Source: an uncultured Actinomycetota bacterium (GTDB lineage: Bacteria > Actinomycetota > Actinomycetes > CAVWCF01). Taken from it: a stretch of DNA of 64,000 bases. The translations under genes were made by a program, and so were the position numbers. Under the pieces are notes generated by a model. The model saw only the letters and a program-made list of their open reading frames with translations, was not told where the DNA came from and searched no databases. The stretch is from positions 32,001-96,000 of the forward strand of contig CAVWCF010000005.1 of assembly GCA_963753435.1 (NCBI GenBank), written 5' to 3'. Positions 54,540 through 64,000 of this stretch are shown here, piece by piece (the first letter of the stretch is position 1; every line of letters starts with the position of its first letter).

Positions 54540-55037
54540 ATGATTACAGAACATGAGATCAGGGCATGGCTTCGCGGACGGCTGCCGGACTGGTTTGAGG
54601 ACTGGGACGTTGCCCTCGACCGCGACGAGATCACCATCACGGGTCGGCTGCCAGCCCCCGACGCCGGGGCGGAGGCAGAAGTCGCCGCCGAGGCGCGTGG
54701 GCGCATCGGCAAGTTCCGGGAGAGCACTCGCGCCGAGCGGATCGCCATCGCGAGCGACCTTCAGGACCAGGATGGGCGAAAGGTGGCGTGGGCGGTCATT
54801 TGCGGCCCGGCCGAGGTGCCCTTCACCAGGTTGTCGGTTCCGGTGATGACCCGGTTGCGGCAGCCGGAGCGGCAGGTCTTGGACACGCTGGTCGCGTCCG
54901 GGGTCGCGCGGAGCCGCGCCGAGGCGCTGGCGTGGTGCGTTCGTCTGGTGGGACAGCACGCCGATGACTGGTTGTCGCGCCTGCGGACGGCCCTGCTGGA
55001 CGTCGAGGACGTACGGCGAGCGGATCCGTTGGGCTGA
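54540..55037 (+). CDS. Conserved actinobacterial hypothetical protein, possible DNA-binding
   Basis: GRLP.W; PVMTRLRQPERQVLDTLV..GVARSRAEALAWCV. Confidence 0.8.
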   Translation: MITEHEIRAWLRGRLPDWFEDWDVALDRDEITITGRLPAPDAGAEAEVAAEARGRIGKFRESTRAERIAIASDLQDQDGRKVAWAVICGPAEVPFTRLSVPVMTRLRQPERQVLDTLVASGVARSRAEALAWCVRLVGQHADDWLSRLRTALLDVEDVRRADPLG

Positions 55038-55094
55038 GTCGCGCGGCCGGGCTCGGTACCCTCCCAGGGTCCACCGCAGCGAAAGGGGTCGGGC

Positions 55095-55868
55095 GTGGGC
55101 CTGCGCGACTTGGCCTACGGCGCCTACGAGCGTCGGTTGGCCCGGCAATTGCCGGCGGACCGAATCCCCCGCCACGTGGGCGTCATCCTGGACGGCAATC
55201 GTCGGTGGGCGCGGGAGTTCGGCGGATCGGCCGAAGCCGGCCACCAAGCCGGGTCCGATCGCGTCGAGGAGTTGCTGCGTTGGTGTGAGGACGCCGGGGT
55301 CGAGGTAGTGACCTTGTGGCTGCTCTCCACGGACAACCTCGCGCGCTCCGGCGACGAACTCGACTCGCTGCTTCGGATAATCGACGCCACGGCGAAGCGC
55401 GTGGCGCAGCCTGCCGCCGACCGGGCTTCGCGACGGGTCCACGTTGTCGGCGCTCTCGACATGCTGCCGGACTGGTTGGCCACTTCGCTGAAGGAGGTTG
55501 CGGCATCCACCACCGGCAACGATGGCCTGCTGGTGAATGTCGCGGTCGGCTACGGCGGCCGCCGCGAGATCACCGACGCGGTCCGGTCGTTGCTGTCCGA
55601 GCACGCCGGCAAGGGCACCTCGCTGGACGAACTCGCTGAGGCGCTAACCGTCGAGCACATCGCCGAGCACCTCTACACCCGCGGGCAGCCGGACCCGGAT
55701 CTGGTTATCCGCACCTCCGGGGAGCAGCGGCTGTCCGGTTTTCTGCTGTGGCAATCGGCCCACTCGGAGTTCTACTTCTGCGAGGCCTATTGGCCGGACT
55801 TCCGCCGCGTGGATCTGCTGCGGGCGCTGCGCGCATACGCGGCCCGGCAGCGCCGATTCGGCGGCTGA
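55095..55868 (+). CDS. cis-isoprenyl diphosphate synthase (Rv1086-like)
   Basis: HVGVILDGNRRWA, STDN and IRTSGEQRLSGF motifs. Confidence 0.94.
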   Translation: MGLRDLAYGAYERRLARQLPADRIPRHVGVILDGNRRWAREFGGSAEAGHQAGSDRVEELLRWCEDAGVEVVTLWLLSTDNLARSGDELDSLLRIIDATAKRVAQPAADRASRRVHVVGALDMLPDWLATSLKEVAASTTGNDGLLVNVAVGYGGRREITDAVRSLLSEHAGKGTSLDELAEALTVEHIAEHLYTRGQPDPDLVIRTSGEQRLSGFLLWQSAHSEFYFCEAYWPDFRRVDLLRALRAYAARQRRFGG

Positions 55869-56088
55869 CTCATCGGCGTGGCGCGGCGGAATCCGGCAAA
55901 TCGCCGCCTACCTTCGGCGTGACGGCTGGGTACCCGATCCGGTCGTCCGGGAGGCCCAACCGGTGCTCGTCAAGAGCAGTCCAGGAGGGCCGGCACCCGG
56001 CCCTCGGGCCCGGTCCCGGACCCTCGCACCCGAGCGGGGTGCCTAACCGTCCGTGCGCCGGTGCCGGTGTGACGGGGATAGCGACTCA

Positions 56089-57423
56089 ATGGTGGCAACC
56101 GAATCCTCCGTCCCCAGTCGTCGCGCGGCGGCACGACGCACATACGTCCTAGACACCTCGGTTCTGCTGTCCGACCCAATGGCGTTGGCGCGCTTCGCCG
56201 AACACGAAGTGGTCATCCCGCTGGTCGTGGTGAGCGAGCTGGAGGCCAAGCGCAACCACCCGGAGCTGGGCTACTTCGCGCGGTCCGCCTTGCGGATGCT
56301 CGACGAGATGCGGGTGCGCCACGGTCGGCTGGATCGGGAGCTCCCAATCGGAGACCTGGGCGGGACGCTGCGAGTAGAGCTCAACCACACCGACCCGGCC
56401 GTGCTGCCGGCCGGAGTGCGGTTGGGGGACAACGACACGCGCATCCTCACGGTGGCTCGTGGCCTGGCCGCTGACGGACTGGACGTGGTGCTGGTATCGA
56501 AGGACCTGCCGCTGCGGGTCAAGGCATCCGCCGTCGGCCTGCCGGCGGAGGAGTATCGCGCCGAGTTGGCCATCGAGTCCGGCTGGACCGGCATGGCCGA
56601 ACTTGATCTGAGCGCCGCCGACATCGACCGCCTTTACGAGACCGAACACCTGGACCTGCCGGCTGATGCCGACCTGCCTTGCCACACGGGTGTGGTCCTG
56701 CTCTCGGAGCGAGGCACGGCCCTGGGCCGGGTCACCAATGACAAGCAGGTGCGCCTGGTCCGCGGCGACCGTGACGCCTTCGGGCTGCATGGACGAAGCG
56801 CCGAGCAGCGAATTGCGCTGGATCTGCTGCTCGATCCCGACGTAGGCATTGTTTCCCTGGGTGGGCGAGCCGGCACCGGCAAGTCCGCCCTGGCCCTGTG
56901 CGCTGGACTGGAGGCAGTGCTGGAGCGAGGTCAGCACCGCAAGGTGGTCGTGTTCCGGCCGCTGTACGCGGTCGGTGGCCAGGAGTTGGGCTATCTGCCG
57001 GGCACGGAGTCGGAGAAGATGAACCCGTGGGCGCAGGCCGTCTACGACACCCTCGGCGCCTTGACCACTACCGACGTGATCGACGAGATCGTGTCGCGCG
57101 GCATGCTCGAGGTCCTGCCGCTGACCCACATCCGCGGCCGCTCCCTGCACGACGCCTTCGTGATCGTGGACGAAGCCCAGAGCCTGGAGCGCAACGTCCT
57201 GCTGACGGTGCTCAGCCGGATCGGCGCTGGGTCACGAGTCGTGTTGACCCACGATGTGGGGCAGCGGGACAACCTGCGGGTCGGGCGTCACGACGGCGTA
57301 GTCGCAGTGGTGGAGAAGCTGAAGGGGCACCCGCTGTTCGCGCACATCACGCTCACGCGGTCGGAGCGGTCACCCATTGCCGCCCTGGTCACCGAGATGC
57401 TGGACGACATCCCGGCGCTGTGA
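56089..57423 (+). CDS. phoH2: PIN-PhoH protein PhoH2
   Basis: [11 protein letters not shown] domain; GRAGTGKS; RGRS; DEAQ. Confidence 0.93.
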   Translation: MVATESSVPSRRAAARRTYVLDTSVLLSDPMALARFAEHEVVIPLVVVSELEAKRNHPELGYFARSALRMLDEMRVRHGRLDRELPIGDLGGTLRVELNHTDPAVLPAGVRLGDNDTRILTVARGLAADGLDVVLVSKDLPLRVKASAVGLPAEEYRAELAIESGWTGMAELDLSAADIDRLYETEHLDLPADADLPCHTGVVLLSERGTALGRVTNDKQVRLVRGDRDAFGLHGRSAEQRIALDLLLDPDVGIVSLGGRAGTGKSALALCAGLEAVLERGQHRKVVVFRPLYAVGGQELGYLPGTESEKMNPWAQAVYDTLGALTTTDVIDEIVSRGMLEVLPLTHIRGRSLHDAFVIVDEAQSLERNVLLTVLSRIGAGSRVVLTHDVGQRDNLRVGRHDGVVAVVEKLKGHPLFAHITLTRSERSPIAALVTEMLDDIPAL

Positions 57424-57489
57424 CCTCGGGGTGGGGGGTGGCCGCGAAACGCCATCACCGCACCCGGTGGCGCTTGGGATCAGCGCGCT

Positions 57490-57516
57490 GCGACGCAACT
57501 GTGACACAGTGGTGAC
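57490..57516 (+). promoter_or_regulatory. 11-bp-period GTGAC direct repeats (MtrA/GlnR-type box)
   Basis: GCGAC(57490), GTGAC(57501), GTGAC(57512). Confidence 0.5.
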
Positions 57517-57542
57517 TCTGGGTAATCTTGGGGCCCTCTGGG

Positions 57543-57558
57543 TGTGACCCTGCTCACG
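57543..57558. promoter_or_regulatory. Crp/GlxR-type binding site
   Basis: TGTGA-CCCTGC-TCACG. Confidence 0.6.
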
Positions 57559-57737
57559 CTGCGTCGCTCAATCGCGCCCTTCGGTTTGCCGGTTTGGGTT
57601 GCGGGTACCCACCATTCGACGAGTTCACCGCCCGAGTGGGGCCTGCTGGCGTCGATGTGAGTCGCCGCGCCGCCGCACTCATCGGCCGAAGGCCGGGGCG
57701 AGCGGCGCTGACGAGGCCCGCAGGAAGGCAATACGAC

Positions 57738-58472
57738 ATGTCCCGGGTTTCGGTCCGGCATACCGCCGCGTTCACGGCCGCCGCCGTCGGCGTCAGCCTC
57801 TTCGTGCTCTCTCCGGCTGAGATGCTGCCGGCGTCGGCGCAGACACAGACGGGCATCCCGATCAGCGAGGTTGGGGCGCTGCAGGCCAACGGCTACCAGC
57901 AGGCGCACGAGACCGCGTGGGCCAGTTACGGCGCCGCGCGCCACGAGGCCGCGGTCAAAGAGGCGGCGCTGGAGCGCAAGCGTGCCGCCGACGCGGCGTT
58001 GGCTGCGCGCAAGGTCGCTGAGGCCGCTGCCGCCGAAGCCGCTCGCAAGGCTGCTGAGGAGAAGGCTCGCGCTGAGGCCGCTCGCAAGGCCGCTGAGGAG
58101 AAGGCTCGCGCTGAGGCCGCCCGCAAGGCTGCCGCAGAGCGCGCAGCGCGGGCGGCCGCCCGCGCCATCCCGGCCGGCTCGGCCCGGGCGATCGGGCGGG
58201 ACTTGGCTGCCGCGCGTGGCTGGACCGGTCAACAGTGGATCTGCCTGGACAAGCTGTTCACCCGGGAGAGCAACTGGCGGACCAACGCCGCCAACGCGTC
58301 CGGTGCCTACGGGATCCCGCAGGCGCTGCCCGGCTCGAAGATGGCTTCGGCCGGATCCGACTGGCGGACGAACCCGGCCACGCAGATCAAATGGGGACTG
58401 AACTACATCAAGGGCCGGTACGGCACCCCGTGCGGCGCCTGGTCGGCGTTCAACTCCAAGGGTTGGTACTGA
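57738..58472 (+). CDS. Secreted lytic transglycosylase-like protein with coiled-coil stalk
   Basis: Signal peptide; RESNW...N.SGAYGIPQALPG.KM...NP.TQI.WG..YI..RYG.PC.AW; AGGAAGG RBS. Confidence 0.9.
   Translation: MSRVSVRHTAAFTAAAVGVSLFVLSPAEMLPASAQTQTGIPISEVGALQANGYQQAHETAWASYGAARHEAAVKEAALERKRAADAALAARKVAEAAAAEAARKAAEEKARAEAARKAAEEKARAEAARKAAAERAARAAARAIPAGSARAIGRDLAAARGWTGQQWICLDKLFTRESNWRTNAANASGAYGIPQALPGSKMASAGSDWRTNPATQIKWGLNYIKGRYGTPCGAWSAFNSKGWY
58031..58139 (+). repeat. 39-bp coding tandem repeat (AEAARKAAEEKAR, about 2.7 copies)
   Basis: Direct repeat visible in both DNA and protein. Confidence 0.85.
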
Positions 58473-58518
58473 CCCCGCACCCCCCCTGGGCCCGCTCCCG
58501 CTCGCCCCGAACTAGACC

Positions 58519-58545
58519 GTCACTCGTGTGAGTGACGTTGGTCAC
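58519..58545. promoter_or_regulatory. Overlapping palindromes (GTCACTC-N4-GAGTGAC and Crp-like GTGA-N6-TCAC)
   Basis: GTCACTCGTGTGAGTGACGTTGGTCAC between the transglycosylase and the secreted repeat gene. Confidence 0.4.
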
Positions 58546-58692
58546 CAGTTGGCCCGAACTCCGTTCCTTCGCCGCCGTCCGTGCTAGGAAGGAATCACCC
58601 GAACGGGCTAGTCCCGCGGGCCAGCGAAGTTGATCGGAGCGAGTCATTTCCTTGCGCCTCCCAGCGGGGGCGATCTAAGGAGGGAGGGGGCT

Positions 58693-60835
58693 ATGGGGTC
58701 CTTGAGGAGAACACTTGTAGCAATCAGCGCCAGCGCCGCGATCGCGGTGACCGGTGGCTGTGGGCACCGGCGGCGCAGGCCGCGGCATTGCCGTTCAACC
58801 AGGCGGACCAACTGCCGATCCTGGCGGCTGAGTTCAGCGAAGGCACGTGCCCGGATCAGCCGAACGGGACCGACGGGTGGCACTTCGTCGCTCCGTCTGG
58901 GTCGTTCGATTCGCTGTCGGCCGGGTTCGACACAACCGGCGACGGCCTCGCGGACGTCACGGTCACCATCCCGCCGGACGGGCCGAACGGCTTCTTCACC
59001 AAGGACGACGACAGCCAGGCGTACATCTACGCCCAAGCTGGGGCGGCATTGGTGGCGGCTTCGGCGATTGGCTCGGGCACCGACAAGTTCAATCTGTCGC
59101 ACACGTGTCCTGGCGCAAAGCTGGACGTGAGCAAGACCGCAAGCACCACGTACACCCGCACCTACCAGTGGGACATCGACAAGTCGGTCGACCCGGCCAC
59201 CTGGAACCTGTTCGAAGGTGACTCGGGCACGTCCACCTGGACGGTCGAAGTGGACAAGACCGGCTACGTCGACAGCGCTTGGGCGGTTTCCGGTGGCATC
59301 AAGATCGAGAACAAGACGCTTCTGGATGCAACCGTCGAATCGGTGACGGACATGATCTCCGGGGGCATCAGCCCATCGGTTGACTGTGGTGTCACGTTCC
59401 CGTACACGCTGGTAGCCGGCGGGCAGCTGGACTGCACCTACTCCAGTTCGCTGCCTGACGGGGCCATGCGGTTGAACACCGCGACGGTAACCACCTCCGG
59501 GTGGGTCGGCGGTGGCACGGCGACCGCAGACGTGAAGTTCTCGGACACTCCGAGTTCCATCGTCAACGGGTCGATCAACGTGACGGACACCAACGGCATG
59601 TCCTGGGGTCCTGTTTCCGACGACGACTCGTGGTCGTACGACGAGACCTTCACCTGCGACGAAGATGAAGGCAGTCACAAGAACATCGCCACGATCACCG
59701 AGACCAAGCAGTACGCAGAGGCGTCGGTGCTCGTCAACTGCTACACCCTGAGGGTCACGAAGGACGCGGCGACCTCGCTCGACCGCGACTGGGACTGGAC
59801 CATCGAGAAGAAGGAAAAGGACAACATCAGGGAGCTGAGGTTGTCGACCGACCAGACCTATGACGTGACCTACAAGGTGGACGTCAAGGCCACGCCAGTT
59901 GACTCCAACTGGAAGGTGACTCAAGGCGCTTCGGGGATCCAGGTTTCCAACCCGGCTCCGATCGATGCGGTCATCAAGTCGGTCAGCGACGTGGTGTCGG
60001 TTGGCATCAACGCGACGGTGGACTGCGGTGTGACGTTCCCGTACACACTGGAAGCAGGCAAGACGCTGACGTGCTCCTACTCGGCCGACCTGCCCGATGG
60101 CAGCGACCGGGTGAACACGGCCACCGCAACCCTGCAGAACTACTCCTACGGTGACGGGGACCCGACAGAAGACGGGACCACCGACTTCACCGGCACCGCC
60201 GACGTGCTGTTCGCGAACGCGGTGATCAACGAGTCCGACAAGTGCGTGACCGTGTCGGACCCGCTGATGGGTGACCCGGTCGAGTTGTGCGCCGGCGACA
60301 AGACGATGTGGACGCTGGAGTACACCGCGACCGTTGGCCCGTACGAGGAGTGCGGCGAGTACGAATTCCCGAACACGGCGAGCTTGGCCACCGATGACGG
60401 TGCGACCAAGACGTCGAGTTGGAACATCCTGGTGGACGTGCCGTGTGACACCGGTTGCACGCTGACCATCGGGTACTGGAAGACGCACAGCCCGTACTTC
60501 CGCGACGGAGCAAAGAACGACCCGGCTTGGGACCTCCTGGACGAATGGCACGCATGACACGAAGGCGATCTACGAGATCCTGACCACCCCGCCTCAGCGG
60601 TGACGCCTACTACATCCTGGCGCACCAGTACATCGGGGCGACGCTGAACATCCTCTCGGGTGCCAGCATGAGTGGCGAGGCGTTGGAGGCCTACAACAAG
60701 GCCACCGACCTGATCCACAACAACGGTCCGGGCGTTTCCAAGGCGGACAAGAAGAAGTGGACATCCTTGGCGAGCGTTCTCGACCGGTACAACAACGGCT
60801 ACATCGGCCCAGGTCACTGCGACGAGCAGGTCTGA
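58693..60835 (+). pseudogene. Secreted tandem beta-repeat surface protein with three frameshifts (about 58757, 60543, 60595); possibly intact in vivo
   Basis: GGAGG RBS and ATG 58693; signal peptide split across frames; two ~210-230 aa repeats; C-terminal domain GCTLTIGYWKTH...YYILAHQY...YNNGYIGPGHC spread over three frames to TGA 60835. Confidence 0.75.
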
Positions 60836-60843
60836 GGTCACAA

Positions 60844-60877
60844 CTTGTGGGGCCGACCTTCGGGTCGGCCCCACAAG
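60844..60877. terminator. Bidirectional intrinsic terminator hairpin
   Basis: Perfect 15-bp stem CTTGTGGGGCCGACC-TTCG-GGTCGGCCCCACAAG between convergent genes. Confidence 0.85.
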
Positions 60878-60882
60878 CATGT

Positions 60883-62241
60883 TCACGCCTGGTGTGGCCG
60901 AGCGATCCGGTCGAGGTCCAGTGCTTCGTCCAGTTGCCGACTACTCAGCCGTTCCGGAACGTGTCGCTCGGCGAGTTCGCGAACCGGGCGGCCGCTCTGC
61001 GCGGCTTCCTTCACGATCGCGGCCGCTTCGGTGTAGCCGAGGTACGGATTAAGCGCCGTGATCAGCGCGGCTGACGACTCCGCCAGCGATCGGGTGCGGG
61101 CTTGATCCACTTCCAGACCGGCAATGCAGCGATCCGCCAGCAGGCGGCTGGCCGAGGTCAGCAACTGGATCGACGACAGCAGGTTGCGGGCGATGACGGG
61201 GATCATCGCGTTCAGTTCGAACGCTCCACGGGCACCCGCCCACGCAACTGCGGCGTCGTTGCCGATGACCTGCGCACCAACCTGAACGACGACCTCGGGG
61301 ATGACCGGGTTCACCTTGCCGGGCATGATCGAGGATCCGGCCTGTAGCGGCGGCAGTGCGAACTCACCCAGACCGCCGACCGGCCCGGAGCCCTTCCACC
61401 GGAGGTCTTCGCTGATCTTCGTCAGCGAGACCGCGACCGTCCGGAGTTGGCCGGACAGCTCCACCAGCGCATCGCGCGCCGCCTGCGCCTCAAAGGCGTT
61501 GCGCGCCGGCGACAGGGCCATGCCGACCGTTGTGCCCAACTCCGCGACGACCGCCTGGCGCCACCCGGCTGGGGTGTTCAGTCCAGTGCCCACCGCGGTG
61601 CCGCCCAGCGGCACCTCCGCAACTCGAGGTATCGCCGATTCGAGGCGTTCGATGCCGTGGCCCACCTGCGCGGCCCAGCCGGAGAACTCGTCCCCGACGG
61701 TAAGCGGCACCGCGTCCATCAGGTGAGTTCGGCCCAGCGTCACTGTGCTGGAGTGGCGGCCAGCCTGCTCCGCCAGAGCTTGCTGCAAGTGGCTCAACGC
61801 CGGCAGCAGTCCCCGCATCAGCGCCCTCAGGACCGCGATATGCACGGCGGTAGGCATCACGTCGTTGCTGGATTGGGATGCGTTCACGTGATCGTTGGGA
61901 TGAACGTCGGCACCCAAGCGGGCCGAGGCCAACGTGGCGATCACTTCGTTCACGTTCATGTTGGTTGAGGTGCCTGAACCCGTTTGGAACACGTCGATCG
62001 GGAACTGCTCCGGGTACCTGCCGGCGGCTATGTCGGCGGCCGCGGCCGCAATCTCACCGGCGGTCTCGGCGTCGAGCACACCTAGGCGGGCGTTTACCAC
62101 TGCTGCCGCCTGCTTGATCGCCGCGACTGCTCGGATGACCGACAGCGGCATCGGTTCCCCGGAAACCGGGAAGTTGTCGATGGCAAGCCGGGTCTGCTCG
62201 CCCCATAGGGGATGCGGGGGCGTTTCGATGTCGTCGGTCAC
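60883..62241 (-). CDS. fumC: Class II fumarate hydratase
   Basis: QTGSGTSTNMN, GRTHLMDA and GSSIMPGKVNP motifs. Confidence 0.95.
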   Translation of the reverse strand: MTDDIETPPHPLWGEQTRLAIDNFPVSGEPMPLSVIRAVAAIKQAAAVVNARLGVLDAETAGEIAAAAADIAAGRYPEQFPIDVFQTGSGTSTNMNVNEVIATLASARLGADVHPNDHVNASQSSNDVMPTAVHIAVLRALMRGLLPALSHLQQALAEQAGRHSSTVTLGRTHLMDAVPLTVGDEFSGWAAQVGHGIERLESAIPRVAEVPLGGTAVGTGLNTPAGWRQAVVAELGTTVGMALSPARNAFEAQAARDALVELSGQLRTVAVSLTKISEDLRWKGSGPVGGLGEFALPPLQAGSSIMPGKVNPVIPEVVVQVGAQVIGNDAAVAWAGARGAFELNAMIPVIARNLLSSIQLLTSASRLLADRCIAGLEVDQARTRSLAESSAALITALNPYLGYTEAAAIVKEAAQSGRPVRELAERHVPERLSSRQLDEALDLDRIARPHQA

Positions 62242-62263
62242 GGGACCATCCTGGCCCGATCTG

Positions 62264-63931
<1,668 letters not shown>

Positions 63932-64000
63932 ACGGAGACTTTACGCAGCGCCGGTCAAGGCCGGGATCAGAGGATGAGGCGGGAGCGCAGCCGCCGGATC

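Noticed and set aside
56089-57423. PhoH2 PIN domain as part of a toxin-antitoxin or defence module
   Set aside because: No convincing small antitoxin ORF upstream, and the gene is in its usual core position.
57560-57737. ydaO c-di-AMP riboswitch
   Set aside because: The conserved strings (GAATCC, GGGGAACC, CCCGTCAGCTAAC) are not visible.

Overview
A high-GC actinomycete core-genome segment, co-linear with the familiar actinobacterial block sepX-tRNA-Ala-pmt-rsmI-metG-tatD-rpfB-rsmA-ispE-tRNA-Gln-glmU-prs-rplY-pth-mfd-mazG-eno-ftsB-ppx-tRNA-Leu-cbs-metB-greA-phoH2-fumC. It holds about 60 CDS and 3 tRNAs; I saw no rRNA, CRISPR array, integrase or transposase. Accessory genes sit between core genes: a CAP protein, an ORFan lipoprotein, an orphan chemoreceptor, a membrane PAS-GGDEF-EAL protein and a secreted tandem-repeat protein. 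Two genes are broken by indels: glmU (one extra G, giving an apparent GlmU-Prs fusion) and the secreted repeat protein (three frameshifts); assembly error is the default explanation. The most unusual signals are a sharply bounded G/T-skewed tract in the chemoreceptor signalling domain, near-identical Crp-site/promoter geometry plus structured leaders before two muralytic genes 49 kb apart, a candidate isopeptide-bonded surface protein with an unnamed C-terminal domain, an ACT-ACT plus peptide deformylase pair, and an AAA+/VWA pair facing a FIST sensor. All calls come from motif recognition and recalled synteny; no searches were run, and I cannot claim any of these is a confirmed new system.
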